DNA from: Candidatus Omnitrophota bacterium
GTDB lineage: Bacteria > Omnitrophota > Gorgyraeia > Gygaellales > Profunditerraquicolaceae
Length of the DNA: 64,000 nt
NCBI GenBank assembly: GCA_026387335.1
Contig: JAPLLX010000002.1
Span: 77,326-141,325, forward strand
Direction of reading: 5' to 3'
Part shown: piece by piece, positions 27,149-36,542 of the stretch
Position numbering within the stretch: position 1 is the stretch's first letter
How the letters are laid out: every line of letters begins with the position of its first letter
Program-made: the position numbers and the translations under genes
The notes under the pieces: generated by a model
Databases searched by the model: none
Seen by the model: only the letters and a program-made list of their open reading frames with translations
What the model was told of the DNA's origin: nothing

Positions 27149-27442
27149 ATGTGTATGCTGGGTAAAATGGCCGGATATTTTGCTTTAGTACCTGCGACGA
27201 TGTTATTGGTAGTAAGCTTCTTTGTTTTGTTTACGCTCGGAAAGGTTGTTTCCCGTAATCTAAAGTTATTCGGAGCGGTGATTGTGGCCCTACTTTGGCT
27301 AAGCGCGCTGCTGATTTTTTCTACCGGAGCCTATACTACTGTTAAGGGTAGGCCGCCTTTTAAGTGCCCGATGATGGAGATGATGAAAGGTAAACAGGAT
27401 ATGATGCCTGGTGGTATGATGCAAGCCCCGCAACCCAAGTAA
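27149..27442 (+). CDS. Membrane protein with Met-rich C-terminal tail (hypothetical)
   Basis: Two TM helices, then [25 protein letters not shown]. Confidence 0.4.
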   Translation: MCMLGKMAGYFALVPATMLLVVSFFVLFTLGKVVSRNLKLFGAVIVALLWLSALLIFSTGAYTTVKGRPPFKCPMMEMMKGKQDMMPGGMMQAPQPK

Positions 27443-27455
27443 GGAGATATTCAAT

Positions 27456-27614
27456 ATGGATAAATACAAGTGCACTGTCTGCGGTTATATTTATGATCCT
27501 AGCCAAGGCGATTCTGTCGGGGGAATCCCCGCTGGTACGCCTTTTGATAAACTGCCCGCGGATTGGGTCTGTCCTGAGTGCGGAGTAGGCAAGGACATGT
27601 TTGAGAAGATTTAA
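27456..27614 (+). CDS. rub: Rubredoxin (52 aa)
   Basis: Not in the ORF track (under 60 aa). [15 protein letters not shown] ... [16 protein letters not shown] with two CxxCG knuckles; RBS AAGGAG. Confidence 0.9.
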   Translation: MDKYKCTVCGYIYDPSQGDSVGGIPAGTPFDKLPADWVCPECGVGKDMFEKI

Positions 27615-27642
27615 CCGGGCAAGCTTAGTTTTAGGTACTTAA

Positions 27643-28347
27643 ATGGCTCAGGAATTATCCGTAAGAGTTAAAGAAATAATTCCCAGGACCTATAATGTCA
27701 AAAGCGTTCGGCTGGATATAGGTCAGGAAGCAGAATTTAAGGCCGGGCAGTTTCTTGCGGTCACACTGCAGGATAATCCGGGCCTAAAAAGATACCTTTC
27801 CATATCCAGCTCGCCCACTGAAAAATCTTACCTGGAATTTACCAAGAAGCTTACGGAAAGCGCTTTTTCAAAAGTCCTCCTGAAACTTAAGCCCCAAGAT
27901 CCCGTTAAGATCCAATACCCTATGGGTAAATTTACTCTGGATGACGCCTATACAAATATCGCGTTTTTATCCGGGGGGATCGGCATTACCCCTATAAGGA
28001 GCATAGTTAAATATGTTGTGGACAAAAATTTGGGGACGGATATGGTTTTAATCTATGCCAACCGGTCAGTAAAAGATATCGTCTTTAAAGAAGATTTTGA
28101 CGCGCTGCAGAAAGTTTATCCAAAGCTAAAAGTCGTCCATGTGCTTGGCGAACCTGCCCCGGATTTTAAGTGTATTCCCGGATTAATCAACGTCCAGGTG
28201 ATTAAAAACGAGGTGAGCGATTATCTAAATAGAAGATTTTATCTGTGCGGCCCGCCCCAGATGGTGGAAGTCATGGGAAAAATACTGACTGACGGATTGA
28301 AATTAGCTAAAGAAAATATAATTACGGAAAATTTTCAGGGGTACTAG
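27643..28347 (+). CDS. FNR-type FAD/NAD(P)-binding oxidoreductase (candidate NAD(P)H:rubredoxin reductase)
   Basis: RYLSISS (RxYS FAD motif), GGIGITP and a C-terminal YLCGPPQM. Confidence 0.65.
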   Translation: MAQELSVRVKEIIPRTYNVKSVRLDIGQEAEFKAGQFLAVTLQDNPGLKRYLSISSSPTEKSYLEFTKKLTESAFSKVLLKLKPQDPVKIQYPMGKFTLDDAYTNIAFLSGGIGITPIRSIVKYVVDKNLGTDMVLIYANRSVKDIVFKEDFDALQKVYPKLKVVHVLGEPAPDFKCIPGLINVQVIKNEVSDYLNRRFYLCGPPQMVEVMGKILTDGLKLAKENIITENFQGY

Positions 28348-28377
28348 AAAAATAACAGGCAGGGAAGGAGAAACGAT

Positions 28378-29571
28378 ATGGCAGTTTTAGAAATATTACC
28401 GGGCATCTATTCTGTAGGAGTTGTGGACTGGAACGTACGTAATTTTCACGGGCATACCTATACTACAAAGAGGGGCACTACCTATAATGCCTATCTTATT
28501 ATTGATGAAAAAGTCACCCTTATCGATACGGTTTACGGGCCTTTTGCCGCGGAGTTGATGGAAAATATCCGGCAGGTTATACCCGTGGAGAAAGTAGATT
28601 ATATTATCGCTAACCACGTGGAGACAGACCATAGCGGCGCGCTCCCTGAAATTATGAAACTCGTTCCGAAAGCTAAAATATTCGGGACAAAAAATTGCCA
28701 GGAAGGCCTCTACCGTTATTATTACGGCGACTGGGATTTTGGAATAGTTAAAACCGGAGATAAATTAAAATTAGGCAAAAGGAGTTTAACGTTTATTGAG
28801 GCTCCTATGGTCCATTGGCCGGATAGCATGTTTACCTATTGTCCCGAAGAAGAATTACTTATGCCCAACGACGCCTTTGGCCAGCATCTGGCGACTAATG
28901 AACGTTTCGCCGACCAGGTTGATCCGTGCGCGTTGTGGGATGAAGCGGCGAAATATTACAGCAATATACTCTGGCCGCTGGGGGCAGTCATCTTAAAGAA
29001 AATAGAAGAAGTCCTGAAATTAAACATTCCCATAAAGATTATCGCTCCCAGCCACGGCGTTATCTGGCGTAAGGATCCTATACAGATAATCAATAAGTAT
29101 GTCAGTTGGGCCAAGAATGAAACTTTGGCCAAGGTAGTCCTGGTCTATGAATCTATGTGGGGAGCGACTGAAAAGATGGCCCGTAAAATTATTGAGGGAG
29201 TCCAAAAAGAAGGGTTAAGCGTAAAGTTGTTTGATATAACCGGCTCTGACCGCACGGAAGTTGTTAAAGAGATGCTGGAGGCAAAAGGTTTTATTTTCGG
29301 TTCGTCAACCCACGATAATGGGATACTTACTACGCTGGCCGGCTTTCTGGAATTTATAAAGGGATTTAAACCGAAGAACAGGCTGGCCGCCAGTTTCGGC
29401 TCTTATGGTTGGGCCGGCGGGGCGGTTAAGCAGATAGAGGATATAGCAAAAGAAGCCGGCCTGGAGTTGGCAGCAACCGGATTGCAGGTAAAATATATGC
29501 CGGATAAGGATGACTTAGAAAAGTGTTTTGAATTCGGCAGGAATTTCGCTCTAAAGATAAAAGGGAAGTAA
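28378..29571 (+). CDS. fprA: Flavodiiron protein FprA (rubredoxin:oxygen/NO oxidoreductase)
   Basis: Metallo-beta-lactamase-like diiron site (ANHVETDHSGA) plus a flavodoxin domain (GSSTHDNG). Confidence 0.85.
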   Translation: MAVLEILPGIYSVGVVDWNVRNFHGHTYTTKRGTTYNAYLIIDEKVTLIDTVYGPFAAELMENIRQVIPVEKVDYIIANHVETDHSGALPEIMKLVPKAKIFGTKNCQEGLYRYYYGDWDFGIVKTGDKLKLGKRSLTFIEAPMVHWPDSMFTYCPEEELLMPNDAFGQHLATNERFADQVDPCALWDEAAKYYSNILWPLGAVILKKIEEVLKLNIPIKIIAPSHGVIWRKDPIQIINKYVSWAKNETLAKVVLVYESMWGATEKMARKIIEGVQKEGLSVKLFDITGSDRTEVVKEMLEAKGFIFGSSTHDNGILTTLAGFLEFIKGFKPKNRLAASFGSYGWAGGAVKQIEDIAKEAGLELAATGLQVKYMPDKDDLEKCFEFGRNFALKIKGK

Positions 29572-29574
29572 GCA

Positions 29575-30039
29575 ATGAGTCAGCTTAGTGAAACGGTTAT
29601 TCATTTTCTTCAAAGACAGGGGTGCGTTGTTGTCTCTAGCATTGATAGCCGGGGTTTTCCTCACTCTGCGTGCAAGGCGATAGTCAAAATTGAGAATAAT
29701 GGGACTGTTTATTTGTTGGACGCTTACCAAGGAAAAACTTTTCATAACCTGAAAAATAATCCTTTAGCCAGCGTGACTTCTTTTGACGAAGATAAATTCG
29801 CCGGTTATTGCCTTAAGGGCCGGGCGAGGATCTTATCCAAAGAAGAGCTGGATGCCGAAATAATCAAAGCTTGGGAGGAGAGGATCGTCAGCAGGTTAAC
29901 CCAGAGATTGCTTAAGAATATTCAGGGCGGGGCGAAAGGCCATCCAGGCCATCCGGAAGCTTTACTCCCTAAGCCCGAGCATATGATTGTTATTGATGTG
30001 GAAGAAGTTGTTGATCTTACGCCGCAGCATTTAAAGTAA
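29575..30039 (+). CDS. Pyridoxamine 5'-phosphate oxidase-like FMN-binding split-barrel protein
   Basis: Size and pattern of the PNPOx-like family; low specificity. Confidence 0.45.
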   Translation: MSQLSETVIHFLQRQGCVVVSSIDSRGFPHSACKAIVKIENNGTVYLLDAYQGKTFHNLKNNPLASVTSFDEDKFAGYCLKGRARILSKEELDAEIIKAWEERIVSRLTQRLLKNIQGGAKGHPGHPEALLPKPEHMIVIDVEEVVDLTPQHLK

Positions 30040-30075
30040 TCTGTTCTTTAGGCAGACAGGAGGTAAAAGGAAAAT

Positions 30076-30312
30076 ATGGCTAAGAAGGTTAAGATTTATA
30101 GCACTCCTACTTGTCCGTGGTGTATCCGGGTCAAGCAGTTTTTAAAAGAAAATAATATAGTTTTTGAAGATTATGATGTTTCTTCCGACCCGGCAAAGGC
30201 TGAGGAGATGGTTAAAAAAACCGGGCAAATGGGTGTGCCGGTATTGGATATTGAAGGCGAAATCATCGTCGGGTTTGATAAAGAGAAAATAAAAGCGTCT
30301 TTAGGGTTCTAA
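30076..30312 (+). CDS. Glutaredoxin-like protein (YruB-type, CPWC active site)
   Basis: KIYSTPTCPWC ... GVPVL. Confidence 0.8.
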   Translation: MAKKVKIYSTPTCPWCIRVKQFLKENNIVFEDYDVSSDPAKAEEMVKKTGQMGVPVLDIEGEIIVGFDKEKIKASLGF

Positions 30313-30322
30313 GTTTTAAGCT

Positions 30323-31231
30323 ATGCAGACATACGATTTGATTATTATTGGCGCCGGGCCGGCAGGGATTACCGCCACCGTATACGCGGCGCGCAAGAAA
30401 ATGGATTTCCTGGTTATAACCGGGGATATCGGCGGCCAAACCGCCTGGAGCTCAGATATTGAGAATTATACCGGATATCAATTTATTAGCGGGCCGGATT
30501 TAGTGCAGAAATTTGAGGAGCATATGCGCAGTTACCATACAAACGTCAAAGAAGGAGAAGGGGTAACTGAAGTAGAAAAGTCCGCAGGGCTGGTTTTGGT
30601 AAAGACTGACAAGGGCCTAGAATATCAAGCTAAATCCGTCATCATCGCTTCCGGCAAGCGCTCAAGAGAACTGAATGTTCCGGGCGAGAAGGAGTACAGA
30701 AATAAAGGCGTCAGCTATTGCGCTACTTGCGATGGGCCTATTTTTAGCGCTAAAGATGTGGCGATTATCGGAGGAGGGAATTCCGCCTTAGACGCTTGCC
30801 TGCAGTTAATAAGGATCGCCAGGCAGGTTTATATTATCAATAATGTTCCCCAGCTCGCCGGAGACGCGATTATGCGCCAGAAAGTAGAAGCAGCGGCGAA
30901 TGTCAGCATTTTTAATAATTCTAAAGTAACTGCTGTTTTGGGCGATAAGATGGTGAAGGCCATCAGGATAAATCAAGAAGGTGAGGAAAAGACGCTTAGC
31001 GTCCAAGGGGTCTTTGTTGAAATCGGGCTCATCCCTAATTCAGACTTTGTTAAAGGCGTGGAGAAGAACGCTCAAGGTGAAATCATTATCAATAACCGTA
31101 ACGCGACAAATATCCCCGGAATTTTTGCCGCAGGCGATGTCACGGATGTCTCCGAAAAACAGATTATTATCGCCGCGGGTGAAGGTTCCAAGGCCTGCCT
31201 ATCCGCCTTTCGTTATTTAGCCCGACATTAA
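30323..31231 (+). CDS. trxB: Thioredoxin-disulfide reductase
   Basis: GAGPAG FAD motif and the CATCDG redox-active disulfide. Confidence 0.85.
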   Translation: MQTYDLIIIGAGPAGITATVYAARKKMDFLVITGDIGGQTAWSSDIENYTGYQFISGPDLVQKFEEHMRSYHTNVKEGEGVTEVEKSAGLVLVKTDKGLEYQAKSVIIASGKRSRELNVPGEKEYRNKGVSYCATCDGPIFSAKDVAIIGGGNSALDACLQLIRIARQVYIINNVPQLAGDAIMRQKVEAAANVSIFNNSKVTAVLGDKMVKAIRINQEGEEKTLSVQGVFVEIGLIPNSDFVKGVEKNAQGEIIINNRNATNIPGIFAAGDVTDVSEKQIIIAAGEGSKACLSAFRYLARH

Positions 31232-31253
31232 AAGTTAATAAAGAAATAAATAC

Positions 31254-31296
31254 TTGACAAAATCCGCGTATCTTGTATACTCTACTATTATAATAG
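31254..31296 (+). promoter_or_regulatory. Sigma70-like promoter plus a perfect 12-bp palindrome upstream of the CymR-like Rrf2 gene
   Basis: TTGACA (31254-31259), 16 nt, TATACT (31276-31281). CTATTATAATAG (31285-31296) lies immediately downstream of the -10. Confidence 0.5.
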
Positions 31297-31312
31297 AGAT
31301 TATCTAGAATAA

Positions 31313-31753
31313 ATGAAAATCACCTATAAGGGCGATTACGCCTTAAAGACAATTTTGGATTTAGCCGCTCATTTCGGGAACGGACCGGTGGTCATCAACG
31401 ATTTATCCCGGCGCCTGGATATCCCCACAAAGTTCCTAGAGCAGATACTTTTGGATTTAAAGCGGGCGCACTTTGTGGAGAGTAAGCGCGGTAAGATCGG
31501 AGGCTATTCTTTGGCCAGGCATCCAGGGCAAATTACCCTGGGAGAGGTGACCCGTTTTATTGACGGCCCGATTGAGCCGATTGCCTGCGTAGATAAAAGA
31601 TATTCCGGCTGTCATGACGCGGGAGCCTGTGTTTTTAGAAGCATTTGGGGCCAGGTAAGCAGCTCAACCGCCAAGATCATAGATAATATAACCTTTGAAG
31701 ACCTTTTGAAAAGGTCAAAGAGGACAAATAAGTCTTTCAATTACCAAATTTAA
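31313..31753 (+). CDS. Rrf2-family regulator (CymR/IscR-like)
   Basis: Rrf2 N-terminal wHTH; it precedes cysK, as cymR does. Confidence 0.8.
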   Translation: MKITYKGDYALKTILDLAAHFGNGPVVINDLSRRLDIPTKFLEQILLDLKRAHFVESKRGKIGGYSLARHPGQITLGEVTRFIDGPIEPIACVDKRYSGCHDAGACVFRSIWGQVSSSTAKIIDNITFEDLLKRSKRTNKSFNYQI

Positions 31754-32671
31754 ATGAAAATAGCCAAAGATATTACAGAATTAATCGGCAATACCCCTTT
31801 GGTTAAACTTAACCGTTTAACCAAAGATTCCCTGGCCAACGTTGTGGCCAAGCTAGAAGCATTTAACCCCTGTTCTTCAATAAAGGATAGGATAGGCTTG
31901 AATATGATTGAACAGGCGGAAAAAGACGGCAAGATTAAAAAAGACACCATTATTGTTGAGCCGACTTCCGGGAATACGGGGATCGCTTTAGCTTTTGTCT
32001 CGGCGGTAAAGGGCTATAAATTGATTTTAACTATGCCCGAGACGATGAGCCTTGAGCGCCGCCAGCTTTTGTCAGCTTTTGGAGCTGAAATCATCCTTAC
32101 TCCCGGAGCTGAAGGGATGTCTGGCGCAGTAAAGAGGGCCGAGGAGTTAGCTAAGAGCGATAAGCGTTATTTTATTCTGCAGCAGTTTGAGAATCCAGCG
32201 AATCCGGATATCCACCGGCGCGTGACTGCGCAGGAAATTTGGCGCGATACAGACGGAAAGATTGATATTTTAGTTGCGGGCGTGGGTACAGGTGGTACAA
32301 TCACAGGTATAGCCGAAGCGCTGAAAAAGAAGAAAGCTGCGTTTAAAGCAGTTGCTGTTGAGCCGGAAGATTCGGCGGTTTTATCCGGTGATAAACCCGG
32401 GCCGCATAAGATCCAGGGGATTGGCGCGGGTTTTATCCCGCAAGTATTGAATACGAAGATCATTGATGAGGTGATCCGGGTTTCCAATGATGATGCCCTG
32501 GAAACTTCCCGTAGGCTAGCTAAAGAAGAAGGTATCTTAGCGGGGATATCCAGCGGCGCGGCTACTTTCGCGGCGATAGAAATTGCCAAGAGAAAAGAGA
32601 ATAAAGGAAAATTAATCGTGGTAATCTTGCCGGATACAGGCGAACGGTATCTGAGCACAGGATTATTTTAA
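31754..32671 (+). CDS. cysK: Cysteine synthase A (O-acetylserine sulfhydrylase)
   Basis: SSIKDR PLP-lysine motif and the GNTG loop. Confidence 0.9.
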   Translation: MKIAKDITELIGNTPLVKLNRLTKDSLANVVAKLEAFNPCSSIKDRIGLNMIEQAEKDGKIKKDTIIVEPTSGNTGIALAFVSAVKGYKLILTMPETMSLERRQLLSAFGAEIILTPGAEGMSGAVKRAEELAKSDKRYFILQQFENPANPDIHRRVTAQEIWRDTDGKIDILVAGVGTGGTITGIAEALKKKKAAFKAVAVEPEDSAVLSGDKPGPHKIQGIGAGFIPQVLNTKIIDEVIRVSNDDALETSRRLAKEEGILAGISSGAATFAAIEIAKRKENKGKLIVVILPDTGERYLSTGLF

Positions 32672-32682
32672 GGGGGATAAAA

Positions 32683-32904
32683 ATGAGAGATAGAATTGAG
32701 AAGGCATTAGCAAAAGTAAGGCCCATGTTGGAAGCTGACGGCGGAGATGTGGAGTTGATTGATGTGACAGCCGACGGTGTGGTTAAATTAAAGCTTAAAG
32801 GAAGCTGCGGTTGCTGCCCAATGAGCTCAATGACTTTAAAGATGGGTATTGAGAGGATTATTAAACAAGAGGTTCCGGAAGTCAAAGAGGTTGTGGCAAT
32901 ATAA
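32683..32904 (+). CDS. nfu: NifU-like Fe-S scaffold/carrier protein (Nfu domain)
   Basis: GSCGCCPMSSMTLK CxxC motif. Confidence 0.85.
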   Translation: MRDRIEKALAKVRPMLEADGGDVELIDVTADGVVKLKLKGSCGCCPMSSMTLKMGIERIIKQEVPEVKEVVAI

Positions 32905-32925
32905 ATATTATTTTAGAGGTAATCA

Positions 32926-34140
32926 ATGAAAACGATTAAAGAGATAAATGAAAAAATTAAAAGAGGCGAAGTAGTTGTAGTCACTGCCGAAGAGGTCATT
33001 GATTTGGTGGAAAAGAAGGGAGCCAAAAGGGTGGCCCAGGAGGTTGACGTTGTGACTACCGGCACCTTCGGCCCGATGTGTTCATCGGGAGCCTATTTTA
33101 ATATCGGTCATTCTAAGCCCAGGATAAAAATCGGTGGAGGGATCTGCACGCTTAATGATGTTCCCGCCTACACCGGTTTTGCCGCGGTGGATATTTATAT
33201 TGGCGCCACCGCTCTTCCCGATAATGACCCGCGCAATAAAGTTTACCCGGGAGAATTTAAATACGGCGGCGCGCATGTCATTCAGGAATTGACCGCCGGA
33301 AACGATGTGCGTTTAGAGGCCAGCGCCTACGGCACAGATTGCTACCCGCGCAAGAAATTAGCGACCCTTTTGAATATAAAAGACCTGAATGAAGCGGTGT
33401 TATTCAATATCCGTAATGCCTATCAAAATTATAATGTGGCGGTAAATTTATCGGATAAACCCATATATACCTATATGGGGCTGCTTAAACCGAACCTGGG
33501 TAACGCTAATTATTGTTCCGCTGGCCAGCTTTCACCGTTGCTTAAGGATCCTAAATACCGTTCAATAGGCATAGGGACTAAGATATTCCTAGGCGGAGGC
33601 GTTGGTTACGTTGCCTGGCAGGGGACTCAACACAATCCCTCTGTTTTGCGAAAAGAAAACGGCGTACCGCAGGCGCCCGCAGGTACTTTAGCGGTCATCG
33701 GCGACTTAAAACAAATGAAACCGCAGTGGTTAGTCGGAGCAAGTATGCTGGGTTACGGAGTTACTCTTATCGTCGGTATAGGTGTTCCTATACCGGTTCT
33801 GGATGAAGAAACAATCCAATACGCCGCAATCCGGGATAAAGATATTTATGCCCAGGTTATAGATTACTCTCAAAATTATCCGCAGTGCGTAGGTTCATCG
33901 CTGGGTGAGGTAAATTATGCCCAGCTCAAAACCGGTAAAATAACTCTTCAGGGTAAAGAAATACCGACAGGCAGCCTCTCCAGTTATTCCAAGGCCCGCG
34001 AGATTGCCGAGGAATTAAAAGCTTGGATTAAAAGGGGAGAATTTACGCTGACTGAACCGGTGGAGAAGATTCCGGGGCAAGAGTCCGGCTATAGCTTTAA
34101 AATGCTTAAAGAGCGCCCGATAATTGAAAAAGAGGTATAA
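32926..34140 (+). CDS. COG1900/DUF39 homocysteine-biosynthesis enzyme (sulfide-dependent)
   Basis: Size and conserved N-terminal region; immediately followed by the NIL-ferredoxin partner, as in methanogens. Confidence 0.6.
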   Translation: MKTIKEINEKIKRGEVVVVTAEEVIDLVEKKGAKRVAQEVDVVTTGTFGPMCSSGAYFNIGHSKPRIKIGGGICTLNDVPAYTGFAAVDIYIGATALPDNDPRNKVYPGEFKYGGAHVIQELTAGNDVRLEASAYGTDCYPRKKLATLLNIKDLNEAVLFNIRNAYQNYNVAVNLSDKPIYTYMGLLKPNLGNANYCSAGQLSPLLKDPKYRSIGIGTKIFLGGGVGYVAWQGTQHNPSVLRKENGVPQAPAGTLAVIGDLKQMKPQWLVGASMLGYGVTLIVGIGVPIPVLDEETIQYAAIRDKDIYAQVIDYSQNYPQCVGSSLGEVNYAQLKTGKITLQGKEIPTGSLSSYSKAREIAEELKAWIKRGEFTLTEPVEKIPGQESGYSFKMLKERPIIEKEV

Positions 34141-34143
34141 AAA

Positions 34144-34551
34144 ATGGTTTCTAAGAGAATAGTCCTGCATTTTCCGACTCGCCTGGTTGACCAGCCGATA
34201 GTCTATAAACTGGTCAAAGAATTTGATTTGCAGTTTAATATCCTGAAGGCCTTTGTTACTCCGCAAGAAGAGGGCCTTATGGTTGTGGAGCTAAACGGAA
34301 AAAGAGAAAATTTTGATAAGGGGATAGAATATTTACAGTCTTGCGGGGTGCGCATCCAATCCTTAGCTCAAGATGTTATCAGGAATGAAGATAAATGCAC
34401 GGAATGCGGCGTATGCGTCCCGATCTGTCCGACTGAGGCCCTGGTAGTTGACCCCGCAACGCGCAAGGTAATTTTTCATAATAAAAAATGTATTGCCTGC
34501 GAGCTCTGCGTTAAAATCTGTCCTCCGCGCGCCATGGAAGTGCATTTCTAA
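34144..34551 (+). CDS. NIL domain plus 2x[4Fe-4S] ferredoxin-domain protein (partner of COG1900)
   Basis: NIL-like N-terminus; CTECGVCVPICP and CIACELCVKICP. Confidence 0.7.
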   Translation: MVSKRIVLHFPTRLVDQPIVYKLVKEFDLQFNILKAFVTPQEEGLMVVELNGKRENFDKGIEYLQSCGVRIQSLAQDVIRNEDKCTECGVCVPICPTEALVVDPATRKVIFHNKKCIACELCVKICPPRAMEVHF

Positions 34552-34558
34552 GTTTACA

Positions 34559-35365
34559 ATGCGGCTTAAAAATAAATTATCCAGGTTAAAGAAGATACTT
34601 TTAAAATCCGGCTCTTGTGTAATCGCTTTTTCCGGCGGAGCGGATAGCGCGTTTTTGTTAAAAACAGCTTCTTTAGTTTTGCCTAAGGCAAAAATACTGG
34701 CAGTCACCGCAAATTCCGCCACCTACCCTAAAGAAGAATTGATCTTGGCGAAAAAAATCGCGGGTACCTTCGGCGCAAAGCATAAAATAATCAATACGGC
34801 GGAATTAAAGAACAAAAGATTTATCGCCAATACCCGCCAACGCTGCTATTTTTGTAAAAAAGAACTTTTTACCAAGCTAAAAGATATCGCCAGGCAAAAC
34901 AAACTCGTGTTTGTTTTTGACGCCAGTAACATTTCGGATAAATCCGATTTTCGCCCCGGGGAAAAAGCAAAAAAAGAATTAGGTATTCGTTCGCCGCTGC
35001 AGGAAGCGGGTATTACCAAAGCCGATATCCGGACTTTAAGCAAAAGGCTGGGCCTTTTGACCTGGAATAAGCCGGCTCAAGCTTGTTTAGCCTCCCGGAT
35101 CCCTTACGGAATAAATATCTCTAAGCCTATACTTAACCGTATTAATAAGGCGGAGAACTTTTTAAAGAAGTTAGAATTCTCACAAGTAAGGGTCAGGCAC
35201 TATAACGGGTTATGCCGGATAGAGGTCCCTAAGAATAAAATCGCCAGGCTGTTCAATAAAAGCCAAAGCCTAATCGACAAACTAAAAAAAATAGGCTATA
35301 ATTATGTTACTGTGGATCTGGAAGGTTACCGCGTAGGCAGTTTAAATGAGGTGGTTAAAAAATGA
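34559..35365 (+). CDS. LarE-like PP-loop ATPase (COG1606, sacrificial/relay sulfur-transferase family)
   Basis: Start placed at ATG 34559 (MRLKNKLS...). FSGGADS PP-loop and a conserved CYFCKKELF Cys motif. Confidence 0.6.
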   Translation: MRLKNKLSRLKKILLKSGSCVIAFSGGADSAFLLKTASLVLPKAKILAVTANSATYPKEELILAKKIAGTFGAKHKIINTAELKNKRFIANTRQRCYFCKKELFTKLKDIARQNKLVFVFDASNISDKSDFRPGEKAKKELGIRSPLQEAGITKADIRTLSKRLGLLTWNKPAQACLASRIPYGINISKPILNRINKAENFLKKLEFSQVRVRHYNGLCRIEVPKNKIARLFNKSQSLIDKLKKIGYNYVTVDLEGYRVGSLNEVVKK

Positions 35366-36525
35366 AGAATATTTATTTAGATTATGCGGCAACTGCTCCC
35401 TGCGACCCGGAAGTAGTCAAAGAGATGGAGCCTTATTTCTTCAAGAAATTCGGCAATGCCTCCAGTCTTCATGCTTACGGACAGGAAGCCAAGAAAGCCC
35501 TTGAGGATAGCCGCCAAACTACAGCCGAATTTTTAGGCGCCAAGAGCGAAGAAGTAATTTTTACTTCCGGCGGAACAGAGTCAGACAATAATGTTATTTT
35601 TGGGGTAGCTGGCGCCTTAGAAAGCAAAGGCAACCATATTATTACTTCCGCGATAGAACATCACGCCATCATTGAGCCTTGTAAAGTTTTAGAGAAGAAA
35701 GGTTTTAAGGTCACTTATCTGGGAGTTGATCAGGACGGAGTGGTTTCTCCCGATGACGTTAAAAAGGCGATTACCGACCAGACAATCCTTATTTCTATAA
35801 TGCAGGCGAATAATGAAATCGGCACAATCCAGCCCATTTCCCAAATCGGTAAAATTGCCAAAGAAAAAGGAGTTTGTTTCCATACTGACGCGGTGCAAAC
35901 CGTAGGGCATATCCCGGTAAATGTTGATGACCTCAATGTTGACCTTTTATCGCTTTCGGCCCATAAATTTTACGGGCCCAAAGGCGTAGGCGCTTTGTAT
36001 ATCAGAAAAGGCACGCGCATAGGAAGATTTTTGTGCGGCGGAGACCAGGAGAAGGGAAGGCGCGCCTCCACTCATAATATTAGCGGTATAGTAGGTTTAG
36101 CCAAGGCCATAGAGTTGTGCGCTAAGGGTATGGATAACGAAACCAAGTTTTTGCTATCTTTACGCGATAAATTGATTAAAGAAATACCGAAGACAATCCC
36201 GGAGGTCCGGCTTAACGGCCATCCGAATCAGCGACTTCCGAACAATGTTAATTTCTCTATAAAATACATAGAGGGAGAGTCTATTCTTTTAAGTTTAGAT
36301 ATGCTGGGGATTGCCGCTTCCACCGGTTCAGCCTGCACTTCCAGTTCTTTAGAGCCTTCTCATGTGCTTTTAAGCATCGGCTTAGACCACGCGACTGCCC
36401 ATGGCTCGCTCAGGATCAGTATGGGTAGATGGACCAAAGAATCCGATGTAAATTATTTGCTGGAAAACCTTCCTAAAGTAGTTGAGAAGCTGCGCGCTAT
36501 GTCTCCGCTTTACGAGAAAAAATAA
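35362..36525 (+). CDS. nifS: Cysteine desulfurase (NifS/IscS)
   Basis: YLDYAATAP N-terminus, PLP-lysine (SLSAHKFYGPKG) and active-site SSGSAC(TSSS). Confidence 0.9.
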   Translation: MKNIYLDYAATAPCDPEVVKEMEPYFFKKFGNASSLHAYGQEAKKALEDSRQTTAEFLGAKSEEVIFTSGGTESDNNVIFGVAGALESKGNHIITSAIEHHAIIEPCKVLEKKGFKVTYLGVDQDGVVSPDDVKKAITDQTILISIMQANNEIGTIQPISQIGKIAKEKGVCFHTDAVQTVGHIPVNVDDLNVDLLSLSAHKFYGPKGVGALYIRKGTRIGRFLCGGDQEKGRRASTHNISGIVGLAKAIELCAKGMDNETKFLLSLRDKLIKEIPKTIPEVRLNGHPNQRLPNNVNFSIKYIEGESILLSLDMLGIAASTGSACTSSSLEPSHVLLSIGLDHATAHGSLRISMGRWTKESDVNYLLENLPKVVEKLRAMSPLYEKK

Positions 36526-36542
36526 ACGCGTTAAAATAAATA

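Noticed and set aside
34493-34558. Longer start (34493) for the LarE-like gene as given in the ORF track
   Set aside because: It would overlap the upstream ferredoxin gene by 59 nt. The internal ATG at 34559 gives a typical N-terminus immediately before the PP-loop.
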